Assembly: GCF_000315625.1 (NCBI RefSeq)
Contig: NW_005434558.1
Location: forward strand, 84,002-148,001
Reading direction: 5' to 3'
Source of the DNA: Guillardia theta CCMP2712
Taxonomy: Eukaryota; Protista; Cryptophyta
DNA: 64,000 nt
The number at the start of each line of letters is the position of its first letter. The first letter of the stretch is position 1. The notes beneath the pieces are model-generated. The model made no database searches. It saw nothing but the letters and a program-made list of their open reading frames with translations, and was not told the origin of the DNA. The translations under genes were made by a program, and so were the position numbers. Of the stretch, positions 1 to 13,481 are shown piece after piece.

Positions 1-67
1 TCCCCCCTCCTCACTTCCTCCTTCCCTCATCCCTCGGCTTACATCATTGGCGATCAACGCGTCCAGG

Positions 68-292
68 CTCGTGAAGGTGCCGGGGAAAAGCGAGGAGGAT
101 CTTTGGATGATCGAGTGTCCCATCACCGGGGTACCCACATACGTGCCAGGTGGATACGCAAAGTTGCAGGTGGGAGGAAACGCTATCATCATCAGCATCA
201 TTATCATCATCATCACCACCACCGTCTCCATCATCATCTGCTTCGTCTCCATCATCACCACCATCTTCTTCATCATCATCATCTTCTTCTAC

Positions 293-352
<60 letters not shown>

Positions 353-1595
353 TCCATTATCTCCATCTTCATCTCCATGTTCACCACCACCACAAGTGCA
401 TCGCCATGAACATTGTCCTCTGCAGAAGATGGTTGATCCTGCCATGAAGAAACTAGTGGAGAGGTGATCGTCTCCTCCTCCTCCCTTCCTCCCTCACCTC
501 CTTCTCAGCGTCAAACTCTCCCTCCGGGAGCAGCCAGCCCATGATCCGCCCCTTTCCCTCCTGCTCAATCATCAGCTGGGAGGTCAGCTGGAGGCAGAGC
601 AGGGGGAGTGCAGGTGGCTGCGCCCTTCCCGCGAAGCTGCTCTAGAGGATCTCCAGCTCTACGACCAAGACTCCGGCATGCCGGTCAGCGCCAGGGACAT
701 GGCAGAGAGACTGGCAAAGATAGGGCTGAAGCCGCTGAACTCTGCTTGCCGGGACCTGAGGAAGGAGCTGGAGGAGAAGTGGGAGAGGCTGCAGGGCCAC
801 GAGCTGGAGGCTGAGTCGCTGCTCATCCTGCTCCAGAGCATCTGCGGGGAAGTGTCGCAGCGGAGCATCGGGCTGCAGAAGAATGTGCTGAAGGAGGTGG
901 AGGAGCTGAAGGACATGCTGGACACGCGCGCCATGGCGATGGTGCATACGGTGAGGGAGCAGGAAAGGCTCAAGCTCTCGACGCTGCACGCGCAGATCGC
1001 CACGGTGGAGAAGGAGTACGAGAGCATGAAGCGCTCCTCTGCCTCGCTCAAGTCGGTACTCAAGGACTCTTCCTCCGACCCCCTCGAGTTCGTCCAGTCC
1101 TACCGCAACATCGAGAGCAGGGTCGTCAGGGTCCTCCAGTCCGCCGAGAGTTTGCGGTACCAGCCGGAGGAGAGCTCGGCGTTCCAGCTGGACTTGAACG
1201 TGGAGCCGCAGCGGGCAGTGCTGGCGCAGACTAACTTCTTCCAGCTCAAGACTCCTCCCTTCCCCCCCTCGCTCCGGTTCGTCCGGGAGGACCATGGCGC
1301 GATCCTCCTCGCCTGGACCGAAGTCTCCCTTCCCGCCCTCCTCGACATCTCTCCTGTCATCCACTACTGCCTGCATGCCCGGAAGCTTGCATCCTCCTCC
1401 TTGTCTCCTCAGGGACCTGGTAAGGGAGGGGAGGAGGAAGAGGCGAAGGGACAATGGGAGGTTGTGTTCGAGGGGAAGGAGCGGCAGTACTTGATGAGCA
1501 AGGCGAGGGGAGGAGAGAGATGGAGTTTCCGAGTTTGTGCGTGCAATCAGTTTGGAACGGGTGTGTTCAGCAGCGAGGTTGAGGTGAAGACGTGA
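68..1595 (+). CDS. TRIM-like protein (5'-partial): tail of a RING-like finger, coiled coil, C-terminal fibronectin type III domain
   Basis: Exon ~68-169 reads LVKVPGKSEEDLWMIECPITGVPTYVPGGYAKLQ, resembling the end of a RING finger. ORF 678-1595 has a long coiled coil, then FN3 hallmarks (PPFPPSL..ILLAW..Y..W..V.EG....Y.....W.FRVCACNQFGTGVFS). Confidence 0.65.
183..392. repeat. intronic (CAT)n/(CAC)n microsatellite
   Basis: Long run of catcatcat; it generates spurious poly-H/I/S/D ORFs. Confidence 0.9.
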
Positions 1596-1751
1596 GGTTG
1601 TGAAGGGTGATAATGAGCAGAAGGAGGAGAAGGAGGAGAAGGAGGAGGAGGAGGAAAGCGAGAAAGGAGCATAACGATGCGATAAAATCTGTTAATGAGA
1701 TCTGTCCGTTGGTTTTCTAACATGAGAATCAGTTGGAACACACTCAATCAG

Positions 1752-1801
<50 letters not shown>

Positions 1802-1949
1802 TCCTCCTCCTCCTCCTCCTCCTTTCTCCTTGCCTCTCTGACCCTGCTTTCCTCCTGTCCCCTGCCTCTCAGTACCTCCCTGGTCTCTTGTCTCTCCTCC
1901 TCCTCCTCGCCCCGTTTCCTCCTGTTCCCACCTCGAATGTATCCAAGAG

Positions 1950-2556
1950 CTTTAAGGCCGGTCTTCCTTCCTCCCCTTTCTCGTTGAGAATCTTTCTAGC
2001 CTTAGGACCCACGCTTGCGGCATGTCAGAGATGAGCAGAGGATGGAAAGAGGAGAAAGGATGGAACGAAGGTGGTGGTGGAGGAGGAGCTGGAGGAGGAG
2101 GAGGAGGAGGAGGAGGAGGAGGAGGCATCAGTGCTTCACCTCTCCCCCCTCATACTCGCGAGGAAGATGAACTGGAAGAAAGTCTTGAGGTCCTGAGGGT
2201 CACCTGCATGCAGACCCATCAGTCCAACCCATCTCCAGCTGGACTTTTGGTCAACTTTCAAGGGCTAAGAGAAACAGCTCCTCCGCCCGGCTGAAGTTTC
2301 CACCTGTCAGCTGGACAACAGCTCAGGGTCAGCTAAGGTCAAGCTGGACTGGGCCCTTGTCTCCTCGCACCACAAGGAAGGCAGAGTACTGCTTCAGGGT
2401 AGGAAGGAAATCTTCGTCCGCCTGCAGCGCCTGCGCCATGCTCAGCTGGCTGACCGCACACGCCACGGGCTCTGACCTCCTCGTACATCCTTCCTGCCTC
2501 CTCAACCCTGCCCTGTTGAAAGCAGTCAGGAAGATGAAATCTCGTACGGGAGAGGG

Positions 2557-2594
<38 letters not shown>

Positions 2595-4001
2595 AGGAGG
2601 AGGAGGAGGAGGAGCTTCGACCTGTATCTGAAGGCTCTGAGCTAAGCTATGTTTGACCGGCGCACTTAAAGGACTGATTTCATGAGCGAATCTAGATGGC
2701 GTCAATGATAGAGGGAGGAGAAAAAGCGATGGGTGCTGGAGAACGAGGAGGGGCAGGGGCAGGGGCAGTGGCACGCGCAGGAGCAGCAGAAGAAGCATGT
2801 GCAGGGGCAGGGGCAGGGGCAGGGGCAGGGGCAGGGGCACGAGCAGGAGGCTAGGAGCAGGAGGCTAGGAGCAGGAGGCTAGGAGCAGGAGGCTAGGAGC
2901 AGGTGCGGAGAAGCAGGAGCAGGAGCAGGACCTGAAAAGACTTTCCGATGACTTCGCATCTTGCTTGAATTCTTCAAGCAGAACTCCTGCAGAGCTACCT
3001 CAGATGACCTCGTTCCCATCCTTTTCTTCCTCTTCCCCTTCCCCTTCCCCTTCCCCTTCCCCTTCCCCTTCCCCTTCCCCTTCCCCTTCCCCTTCCCCTC
3101 CCTACCTTCTTCCTCTCTCGCCCCTCCTCCTTCACCTTCTCCTCGTCCTCCCCCCTTCTTCCCCCTCACCGTAGTTGCACAGGGCCCCAACATGATACGG
3201 ATTCTCCCTTATGCACCTGTACAGGATCTCATTGCTCCACACACCTTTCTCCCGCTCTTGGTCACATTCGGTAAAGAGTTTCTGCAGCCCTGTGCTCGTT
3301 CTTGTTGATCTGCACCCCAGGTCACCGCGCAAGAGGAACAGCAGAGCTGCTTGCCCTACATGCAATCTCTTTGCAAGGTTGAACAAGTCTTGGTCGTTGA
3401 GCTGCGATCTTTCTTTCAGAGACAGTCCAGATTGGTTCCCAGCAAGCTGCCCGAGCTGTTTGTGCAAAGAAGAAAGATCAGCACATTCATGGCCGTTGAC
3501 AACATTCAGGCACACCAACAAATTCTTTCTCAATAACAAATGAACGCATCAAAAATTTCTCTCGCAAACACCAAGAAACGCATCAACCAGCAACAGCCCT
3601 CTTACACGCGTCCACACACATCTGCTACCCCTCCACTCATGCATCAACAACCCCCACTCGCTCCCTCCCCTCACCTTGACCGCAAGCTCCTGCACCGACT
3701 CGTCGTCCACGGTGACCTGGTGCTCGAGGACCCCAGCAGCTCTGTTCCAGTGCGAAGTTTCCTTGAGCGACTTCCAGTAGAGCATCTCCACATCGTCGGG
3801 TCGTCCTCCTTTCAGCCTTAGCACCGCCCTCCTCGCCCGATAGCTCCTCCTCCTCTCCCTCGGCGCTGTTCCAGCCATCGCTCTTCTTTCCTCCATGAGC
3901 TGAGCTGCTCCAGCTTCTACCGTCGCCCCCTGCCATGCCACAGCAGGGAGGGAGAGGAGCAATAAGATCTTGACGAGCTCAGAGAGGCGCAGCATCGCCA
4001 T
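1950..4001 (-). CDS. spliced gene, predicted signal peptide plus TPR-like repeats; 3' boundary approximate
   Basis: N-terminus MAMLRLSELVKILLLLSLPAVAW is hydrophobic. Later exons read ILYRCIRENPYHVGALCNYG, GRVEEAGRMYEE and ALQADEDFLPTLKQYSAFL (TPR-like helices), separated by repeat-filled GT-AG introns. Confidence 0.45.
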
Positions 4002-4706
4002 CCTCCATCACATCAGCTGCTGATCTGCCAGCATGTGAGAAGCGACCGAGATGGTTTGCGGATAAGAGAAGCGAGAAAGGGAGGGAGAAGACTTCGACTC
4101 TCTTCATCTCTTCATCATAAACTTGTTTCTTCTCCCTTTCATGTCTTCCTCTGTGCCATGCCTTATCTTCGCTACCTGCCCCCCCCCCTTCCTCCCTCTC
4201 TTTCCCCTCCCTCCCTCCTCCCTCTTGTTAAAATTCCCCTCACGACCGGTCGCAATAATAAAAATAGGGGCAGGCAAACGCGATGCCACCACTGCCCGTC
4301 TCCTGCTCCCCTGATGTCCGTCTCTCCCCCCCCCCCCTCCCTCCTCTCTCACTCCTACCTGGTCCTGCCTGCTGCAAGCAGCTGGGGTTGGAGATGCGGG
4401 TCTAGGATCGACAACTTTTGACTTTCAAGACTCGGGGTCAGGCATGAGCTAGGCTACTCAGCTAGCTACTCCTCTGCGCTGCATTTCAAGACAGGTAGCA
4501 GCAGGAAATCTCGTCCAGTCAAGAAACCGATCATGAGAACGGGAATGAGAAGGAGGAGGAGGAGGCGGAGGCGGAGGCAGAGGAGGAGGAGGAGGAGGAG
4601 GCTCTACAACGTCCATGATTCGGACATTGTCAAGGATCAGGATCAAACAAGGCCATCCACGTAAGTGAAGATTTCAATGAATAGGTTCGAGCGCCTGCTG
4701 CTCCAA

Positions 4707-5922
4707 TCACCAGTCGTCGTCGATGCGCCGCCGTTGGAACGTGACCTGGAGGTCAGCAGCCCGTCAGCGGCCCCGGAGGGAGGAGACAGCGACGGGAGGA
4801 AGCAGACGACTGACCTTAGTCTCCTTCTCCGTCTGCTCGTTGATGGATTCCAGCATCTCTATGAGCTGGGCCTCGTCGATCTGCCCCCCGATCGCCCCGC
4901 GCTGAGCGTTCATGATGAGCATGTCCTCCACCTTCCTCGCCTTGTCCTTCTTTACCATCGCGATGTTCGACACTGACAGTTCGAGTTCAGCACAGGCACC
5001 TTCACCTTCCACCAGCTACTCACGTCGCTCGCGCGCCTGCGGGGAAAGGATCGCTTTCAGGATCTGAGTCCTCTGATCCTCCGCAGCCTTCTGACGCTCC
5101 TGGGCAGAACAGTCAGCACAAGAGCAAGAGACTGCAAAACATTCGATGAGCAAACATCACGAGCAAACACCACAACATATCTCATCACATTACATCCCAT
5201 CATCCCATCAGCTCATCACATACAACTAGACATCACAGCCAGTCACAATTCAAACTACTTCTTCCACACCTGCTGTGCCTTCTGCTGCTCAGGGTCCATC
5301 TGCTGATATCCTCCTGCCACAGTCTCAGCATGTTGCCAACAAGCTCCGAGGATCTCCGACCGTATCCTCCCACTCCTCCCATCCCGGCTTGACCGCCGCC
5401 CTTGCCCCGAAGCTGTGCCATCCTCCTCGCCCTGATAGCGGCGAGTTCGGGATCTGTCAGAGACTTCAGCGGGGATCAAGGGATGCTTGCGAGCATGTCG
5501 TTCAATCTGATCGTCAGCTGCAGGCTGAGCTATGACGGTTGGAATCAAAACCCATCTCGATATCAATCATTTGCAAAATTCTCTTGTTCGCAGCAGAGCA
5601 TATCAACTCTCGCCCGTTATGAACATCGATCTTAGTCCACCACTCATTGAATGTTCTTAGAACAGTAGAGCTCAAATATTCTCATAAAAATCCTCTTTCC
5701 TACATCATCACAACCATTTCCTCCCCCTTCCCAAGCTCGCGTCTTTCTTGCCTGTCCCCTTTCTTGCTCCTTCTTGCTCCTCCTGCTCCTGCTCCTGCCC
5801 CTGCTCCTGCTCCTGCCCCTGCCCCTGCCCCTGCTCCTGCCTCTCGCTCCTCGCTCCAGCCCCTGCTCCTTCTGCTCCTGCTCCTGCTCCTGCTCATACT
5901 CCTGCTCCAGCCCCTGCTCCTT

Positions 5923-5956
<34 letters not shown>

Positions 5957-6081
5957 CTCTGCTCCTGCTGCTCCTGCCTCTGCTCATGCTGCTCATGCTG
6001 CTTCTCCTGCTGCTCATGCTGCTGCTGCTCCTGCTTACCTTCATCGAGATCGTTGACATGCACCCCGAGTGGGTCCGCCAT
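4707..6081 (-). CDS. PDCD5: programmed cell death protein 5 / TFAR19 DNA-binding protein (spliced)
   Basis: Exons give MADPLGVHVNDLDE|DPELAAIRARRMAQL...QILKAILSPQARER..SNIAMVKKDKARKVEDMLIMNAQRGAIGGQIDEAQLIEMLESINEQTEKETK|VTFQRRRIDDDW*. The first intron contains the (CTGCTC)n repeat. Exon 1 is inferred. Confidence 0.9.
5765..6033. repeat. (CTGCTC/CTGCCC)n hexamer repeat in PDCD5 intron 1
   Basis: Visible tandem hexamers starting right after the GTAAGC donor on the minus strand. Confidence 0.85.
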
Positions 6082-7094
6082 TGCTGCAGGCAGAAATTCT
6101 TTTGATGGAGAAGGGGTAGGGTACCTCGAAGATAGAATTCAGTACACAAATATATCTTCAAAATTTGCAATTTTTATAACAATAATTTGAGCAGTGAACA
6201 GGAAATAATTTGAGATAAGGGTGAGTGAGAAAAAAGGCGGGAGAAGGGTGATCTGAATGAGGGTGGTGGGGGTGATAACCCTACCCTGTAATGAAGGCTC
6301 CATAACCCCACCCCTGATAGGAATATTCAAAATCATGCAAAATGTACTACCCCTCCAGGCGTTCTAGTCCCTGCGGTTTCCGTTGTGATACCGTTACATC
6401 AACCGTTGAGGCGGTAATAATCGGAAGATGGCGGAGGAAGAGGGAGGGAGGAAGGGGAAAGGAGGACTGAGAGCAGTAGGATGAAGACTAGAGGTTCAGA
6501 GAGATTGACAAACACGCGAGGATCAGCGCAGTAGATCACGAGGGCAAGGATAGAAGAAGGGAGGGAGGGAAGGAGAGAAAGGAATGGAGGGAATTGGGCA
6601 ATGAGCTATAGGAATTATGAATGTGAATCAAGAGTGGTTGGGGTGCTGGAGAAAGTGAGGAGCATGCAGAAAGTAGAAGCTAAGGAAGAGGGAGCATAGA
6701 CATTTGGAGGAGGACGCTGTGGTGCTGGGGATGTAAAACCGAACGTATCATTGCTAGTAACGCTCCAAGGGGCGAGGTCTTGGGATAATCGGGAGCTTCG
6801 AAACAAAAGAAGAGGGTGAGTAGAGTAGCTGAACAAGACGTGACATCTGATGCCGTTGAGAACATTGTGGAGGCAAGGCCGTCGCTTTTTCTCTGCTTGT
6901 TCTGCATTGGTGATGTCAGATGAACGAGTTGAGAATTCGTTTTTGTGCTTTGAGTTGAGTGGAAGTGCTGGGTTTAGGAACTTGGGAGGTTCTGAACTAG
7001 CTTGCAGGTGGCTGGTGTTGCTCAACAAACTCGTAGGGATCTCTTGACAGCCTTGCCAGCCTGGTGTGATCCTGTGGACGAGTGAAGCGACACT

Positions 7095-10060
7095 ATGGCT
7101 GCTTTCCCCGGCGACTTCGACCCAGGGAGCGACCTGCTCTCGGGTCTTCCTCCGGGAGTGGTGGACGACTACGTGAAGCGGGTGGACGGGGACATCAAGG
7201 AGAAGAACAACAGGATCGAGCATGTTGAGACGCAGATCAAGGAGTACAAGGAGAGGATGGGGGTCATGGTGGAGCACTTGAAGAATGTGCAGCAGGAGTT
7301 GAACAACACGCAGCAGCTGATCGATGCCAAGAACAAGGAGCTGGACACGGAGGAACATCTGCAGCAGCTGGCTCAGAGGGAGGTGGGGAGGATCATCCAG
7401 GAGATCGGGAAGTCGGAGAGGAAAGTGTTCGATCTGCAGGACAGGCTGAACTTGACTCAGAACTACATCTTCCGCGGCAACGAGAAGATGGACCAGTTTA
7501 AGATCCAGATGAACTGGAACCAGGAGGAGATCGAGCAGTGGGCGCTGGCAGCGAAGCAGAAGGAGGAGGACAACCTTGCTCTCGAGAAGTACAAGCGGGC
7601 AGACGACCTGAAGATCAAGGAGATGAATCTCAACCTCGAGAAGCTGACCAAGCAAGTGTCCACCAAGGAGCAGGAGCTGGAGAACGAGGTGACGGAGACG
7701 CAGACAGCTCAGATCATGCTGGACAAGACAGCGGCCGACTTCAAGATCCTCCACAGCGAGCGGCAGGAGCTGGTGAACCAATGGGAGCAGGCGATCGAGG
7801 CCATGAAGAGGAGAGACGAGATGATACAGCAGGTGGGGGAGGCGCTGCTGGCCAAGAAGGCGGACCTGGCAGAGCAGGAGAGGATCCTTGAAGAGAAGAA
7901 GCTCTTCCTCAGCGAGCAGGAGCAGGAGAACGAGGCCGTGCAGAAGCAGACAGTGGAGGCAGAGAAGGTGGTGCAGAGGTATCGGGCGATGCTGCAGCAG
8001 AGACGCAGAACAAGCAGAACCTGCAGGACGAGCTGGAAATAGTCCGCACGACCCTGGCCAAAGTCGCGTCCGAGCTCTCCCTCAAGAGGGTCCATGTTGC
8101 GAACGGGAAGGCAGAGCTGGAGCAGAAAAGGGACCGGCTGGAGGTGGTCAGGAGGAAGCAGGCGGAGACGAAGAAGCGGCTGGAGAACGAGTACCTCGCC
8201 ACCAACGACCTGGAGAAGTCGGCACACCAGATTGAGATGATCAACAGGGAGCAGGAGAAGACGCTCAAGAGCACGGAGAAGGAGCTGGTGGCGCTGAAGC
8301 AAGAGATGTTCAAGCAGTCGCAGGAGCTCTTCAACCTGCGCAAGGATGAGGCGAACCTGATCGCTGAGATCTCGGGGGCTCAGAGTGCGGACAGGAACCT
8401 GAGGGACAAGATCAAGTCGTTGGATGCGGAGTCTCAGAAGCAGCAGGAGCACATCTACAACGCTGACTTTGCGCTCCAGCAGATGGAGAGGAAAGTGTCG
8501 AGAGCTCAGGTGGAGATCCTTGTGTCCCATGCCCATCCCCACCCCACTTGATCTGACGCCATCCTTGTTACCTTTCTTCCTCCTCCTCTCCTCCTCTCCT
8601 CTCCTCTCCTCTCCTCTCCTCTTCTCCTCTCCTCTCCTCTCCTCTCCTCTCCTCTCCTTCTCTCCCTTTCCCCTTCCCATCCAACACCCTCCCCTCCCTT
8701 CTCTTCTCTCCGTCGTCATCGCAGATTGCTCATGATGGCCTCCTAACCTTGTCACAGGGCGAGTACCGAGCTGACGAGAAGGAGGCGCTGCAGTCGAAGA
8801 TCTCTCAGCTGGAGCAGATGCTGACGGCGACGGATCAGGAGGAGAGGATGCTGAAGAAGCAGCTGAAGAAGGTCAACGACGACTACAGGCAGGCGAAGCG
8901 GCAGGTCGACGACCTCAACAACGAGAAGTCCTCGCTCGACGACAAGGCGCACGAGCTGCAGCTGGAGAACGAGGTGGTGGCCCGGACCTGGAGGACGTGC
9001 ATCAAGCAGAAGGAGGAGTACATAGTCCAGCACGACCTGCTCAAGTTGGAGGTCAAGAAGCTGCGGGACAGGCTCAATGACAGGGCAGACGAGGTGTCTG
9101 GCCTGCAGAACCGTAAGTTCCAGCTGCAGAAGACGATGGAGGAGAGGACGCTGGAGGTCAAAGCACAGCAGGAGGTCCTTCGGTCGGACTTGAAGATGGC
9201 GCAGGAGGAGCTGCATACGGTGGTGATGGAGCTGAGGGACAGGGAGATGAAAGCTGGGACGCTGCAGAAGAAGCTTGACCTTCTCAACGACAAGATGCGC
9301 GCGGAGCTGGGGGGTGAGGAGGAGAGGAAGAGCCCAGCGTACTACGTGGTCCTTCGGGCGCAGGAGAGGGAGGAGCTGCAGAAGGAGGGGGACGAGCTGG
9401 ATGCTAGGATCCAGAAGGCGGAGAAGGAGATCCGAGCGCTGGAGAACACTCTGGCGAAGTTCAACGCCAAGAACGACAAGTTGCGATCCTCCTTCAGGCA
9501 GTCGGATGGCTCGGGAGCAGACTCAGAGGCGAAGCTTGAGCTGGAGGCGAAGCTGGAGAGGCTGCTGGAAAGGAAGAGGCAGAAGAAGGCTGAGGCTGAC
9601 ACTCTGGCCGCCGACGTCTCGGAGATGCGGCAGAGGCTGTCGAACCTGCTGGCGGAGGAGGAGGGGATGAGGAGGCACGTGAAGCTGGTGCAGGGGAAGG
9701 CGAAGCAGTTCGACAAGGAGAGGGAGGAGCTGCTGGCCAAGAGGGACCGGGCGAGGGCATCGCTGGACAGGCACTCCAAGAGGCTGCGGCAGGCAAGGGG
9801 GGCGTCGGGGGAGACGGAAGAGGAGCGCTCGTTCAGGCTGGCATCGATGAGGGAAGAGAACAAGAACATGCTCTACGTGATTATGTCGCTCAAGGACGAG
9901 TTCCCCGACCTCGCTGGAATCATCGACGATGCCGTGCAGAGCAACGGCATTGCACCCCCTTCCCGTCCTCCCAGCGCCCGATCGGAGGTAAGAGACGGAG
10001 GTGTCGAGACGCAGGTTAAATTTATTGCAGGTTTCCTCTATTGGAAGCACGACTTCGTGA
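7095..10060 (+). CDS. CCDC39: coiled-coil domain-containing protein 39 (axonemal 96-nm ruler subunit, FAP59)
   Basis: Family motifs MVEHLKNVQQEL..TQQL..AK..E..TEEHL.QLA.RE.GR, IFRGNEKMDQFK.QMNWNQEE.EQW, S.AYYV..AQEREELQ.EGDELDA.I.KAEKEIRALENTL. Introns ~8509-8756 and ~9988-10030; frame break near 8000. Confidence 0.92.
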
Positions 10061-10342
10061 AGGTCTGGGAAGGAGAGCGAGAGGAGAGGGAGGCAGTTGA
10101 GGAGAGGAGAGTGATTTTATTCATCAGTACATTTGCTCAAAACGGAAGACAAACGAAACAAGTCTCCATACCGCCATCTCAGCCTCATCGCCAATGCTCA
10201 TCTCTGTTTTTTCATTCGTATTCCCCTCCTCCATCCTCATGCCATCAACACCAAGCAAAGCAAAATGCACCCACCGACTTAGTTGCGACCAAAGCGTTGC
10301 CCGCCTGTTGAGCTATCTAGCCTCTAGTCCTCGGCCTGTTCT

Positions 10343-10932
10343 CTACTCCTCCTGATCATCCCGCTGCACTCTGGGCTTTGCCATGTTCACCATAATCTTC
10401 CTTCCCTGCAGTGAGTCCGTTAGCCTGCCGTGTCTCCAGACTCTAGGACAACATACCATGAACTCTTCCTGGTCGCACTTCTCAACAGCATTCTGAGCCT
10501 GCTCAGCGTTTGCGAACCCGACTGGAGGAACACGATCAGCCGCAAGTTCACGAGCCGGCAACACAGCAGCCCTACCAAAGCCAAATCCTCGGGAGCGAAA
10601 GGGGTTCTCGCGATCCATGACCACCTTGGCGAACTTGACCTGCAACTGGCGCATCAACATGGAAGGAGGCAGGCGGAGGTTGTTACGTCTCCGAATTCCC
10701 CGAAAAAGTTCTTCAGGTCCTCGTTGGAGACCTGAGCATGCCGAAGTCAGCGCTTGCCTCTCCAGATGAATCCCCCAACTCCTCCACGCACCTTCCAGTT
10801 AAGGTTTCCAACATAAATCTGAAATTCCTTTGGCAACAGACCAGTGCGGCCCGAATAGTTGTTCGATGCAGGCCTCGATCCTTCTTGCCCCGCAGAGGAG
10901 TTGTCCGGGTTCTCAGTTTGCATAGAGAACAT
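10343..10932 (-). CDS. single-RRM RNA-binding protein (spliced; N-terminus may extend upstream)
   Basis: RNP2 IYVGNLNW, then VSNEDLKNFFGEFG, VKFAKVVMDRENPFRSRGFGF (RNP1), VGFANAEQAQNAV and GRKIMVNMAKPR across short introns. Confidence 0.88.
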
Positions 10933-11349
10933 GCGAGCCTGCGAAAAGTAGGATCAAGACGTGCGAGCCTGCGAGAAGTAGGAACAAGATCTTTGCTGCA
11001 TATCATCAGTCATCCATCACAATTCGACATTATATCTGAATCAACAGCACATCTCCATACACCCAAATATTTGAGCGCTGCATCAGCGTGGTTCCAATCA
11101 TACCTGCGCGGGGAAAGAGCACGCGCGCGAGCGCACGTGAAGCGAACTCGTTTGCAAGGATGCCGGGAGAAACGACATGCGAGCAAGAGAGTGCATGGAG
11201 GAAGCTGCGGGAACTGATTTGAAGCATGAAGAAGGGGCTGAAAGAAGCGATAGCGCGTTCGTCCTTGATGTTTCGACAACAGGGCGGAAGAAGCGAAGCA
11301 CAAAGGTTGAGCGCATGGCAGCGGCGGGGGAGGACAAGTAACCGGTAGT

Positions 11350-12920
11350 TCCTCCCTAAAAAGTGAGGGTGGGGGTATTTGGGTCTTAATCTCGCACGGG
11401 TGGAGTTTTTTCATGTTAGGGTAGTAGATTTGGGGGGGTACTAAGTACCCCACCCTCATCTATACATTCATGGGGTATAGATCCAATACCACAAAAGTGA
11501 GGGGGTTATGCAAATCCCTGACTTTATGTCAAGGGGGTGGGTGGTATGAAGGTTCGCTCTAGGGCGATAGGGTGCAAAGGACTTGCAGGAATTTATCGGG
11601 GGTACAAGGATGTGAGGGGGTATGTAGAATCAAGAGCCGCAAAGCTAAAATCAGACCTCAAGGTTGAGATTTTTATAGTTGGATTACGGTATATAATGCA
11701 GTACATCGATGCTAAAGCCAGTTTTGATAGCACAAGTTATGGAAATATTTCAATAGTAGGGTAGGGTACAACAATCGCGGTGTCCCGTAGGGGTGGACAC
11801 CCCACGTGGGTCCAAGGGAATCGTGCAGGGTGGAGGTAGTGGAGTACGGGTGTTAATCCCTACCAAAGAGGGGGTGATTCCGTATTGGCGTTGGGTCCCC
11901 TTTCTCCGCTGCACAGTAGTACCCGGGTATGACTTCACCTGCGAATAAGTACCCCTGTTACGACATGGATTAGGTACCCCTCTTCCTGGCCAATTCAACC
12001 ACCCCACCCTTCATCTGATAGAGAAGGGTCAGCAATGGCTCAAGTAAGCGTGCCCGGGTCAAACCACCCCCCATTCTGACCGGAATTGAGTGGGTGTAAA
12101 CTATGCTGGGCCCGGCTGGCCCGGCCCGCATAGCGGCCTAGTGCCCGGCGGGTAGTACAGCGGTGCCAGACTCACCGGGTGGCAGAGTCACGGAGTCACC
12201 GGGTAGTCCGGCCGCCGGGCCGGCCTTACCAAGTCACTGCTCAAGTTGCCAAGTTGGCAAGTTGATACCGACGTCGCCACGCCGGCCGTGACTCCGCTAG
12301 GTCAGTGGCAAGCCTGAGGGCCTCAGCCAGCGCCGGGATCCGATCGGACTCCGCCGATCATATCGGTGGCAGCCCATCGCCGGCCCGGGATGATCGGCCG
12401 GGCCGCGCGCCGCGCGCCGCCGGCCCTCACGGTCAACTGGCAACAGTGAAGCCTGTCACGCACTGGCCGGGCCGACTCCGAGCGTGAGCCTCGAAATGCC
12501 GCTGGGGGCCGCGGGCCGCCACTAGTAGCGGCCGCGCGGCTGGCACACTGATTCTCTAAAGCGCCGGGCTTGAACTTGAGCCCGCTGACTCCGGCCTTCG
12601 GCCCATCATCGGAACCAGGGGACTGAGGAGCAGTCACCGGGTCACCGACGGCGTGTACCGAGGCCCCTTGGCACTCAGTGAACTTGTGACTTCGGCCGCC
12701 GGGCGTAAGGCGTTCAGCGTCTAGTTCACTGACCGTACTCTGGATCAGTGGCAGTGTTCCCGGCCTGGCCCGGCGGCGCGTCAGCCCGGCTCAGCGGCTG
12801 CACTGAGCGCGGCCGGCCGCGCATGGCAACGGGCCGGCCGGCCGCCCGGGTGACTGCGCGCGGCGGCCCGGTTAGTACGCGCGGGCCGGGCCGCCGGGCC
12901 CCCGGCGGCCTGGGCTGAGG
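11350..12920. repeat. intergenic composite: TACCCCACCC-motif segment plus very GC/CpG-rich low-complexity island
   Basis: A ggggt/accccaccc-rich stretch is followed by a ggccggcccgg-rich stretch. Similar blocks recur elsewhere in the window. Confidence 0.5.
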
Positions 12921-13481
12921 TGTTTCCTTGCTTGCAGAGAAACCCAATGGCCGCAATGGGGAGGGGAGACGGGGAGGGAGAGGAGAGGAAGGGAGGGAGT
13001 GAGCAAAGGAGAGGAAAATCTCTTGCGCAGGATACTCGAGCCAGTGCCAGAGGGGAAGGGAATGATGAACAGAGTTTTGGTTGAGTGTCAACAGCTGGAA
13101 AATGCAGAGGTAGGGGAGGTAGATGTGCTGGGTGGATGGGGTGTCGCTGGGGTGTCGCTGAGGGAGGAAGACGACGACGAAGATGGCGATGTAACCAAAG
13201 AGTCGAGAAACTAGAAAACAAGGTAGAGGGGGTAGGTTATTGGGGCGAGAGCCGAGATGAAGGGGAACGAAAGTGTTTGAGAATGGAATTGGAGCAGGTA
13301 GCGGTACTGACATGAGCAAATCAAGAATTCATCTCAGCAAAAGATAATTCCAGATATCTCAAGATGATGCTGATTGTTCCTCAATCGGCCGATAGCACAG
13401 CGGAAGCCTTTTCCCTATGCTTATGAATCATTTTCTCAGAGTCAACAATCCTTCATAGCATTGACGAATTCATGATAGTTT

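Noticed and set aside
44-467. Poly-D/I/H/S ORFs (likewise 5644-6190, 23586-24421, 27206-27439)
   Set aside because: Produced by intronic microsatellites.
6615-10050. Long minus-strand ORFs opposite CCDC39 (and 43782-44654 opposite the hydrolase)
   Set aside because: Antisense ORFs expected from GC3-rich codon usage; no independent motifs.
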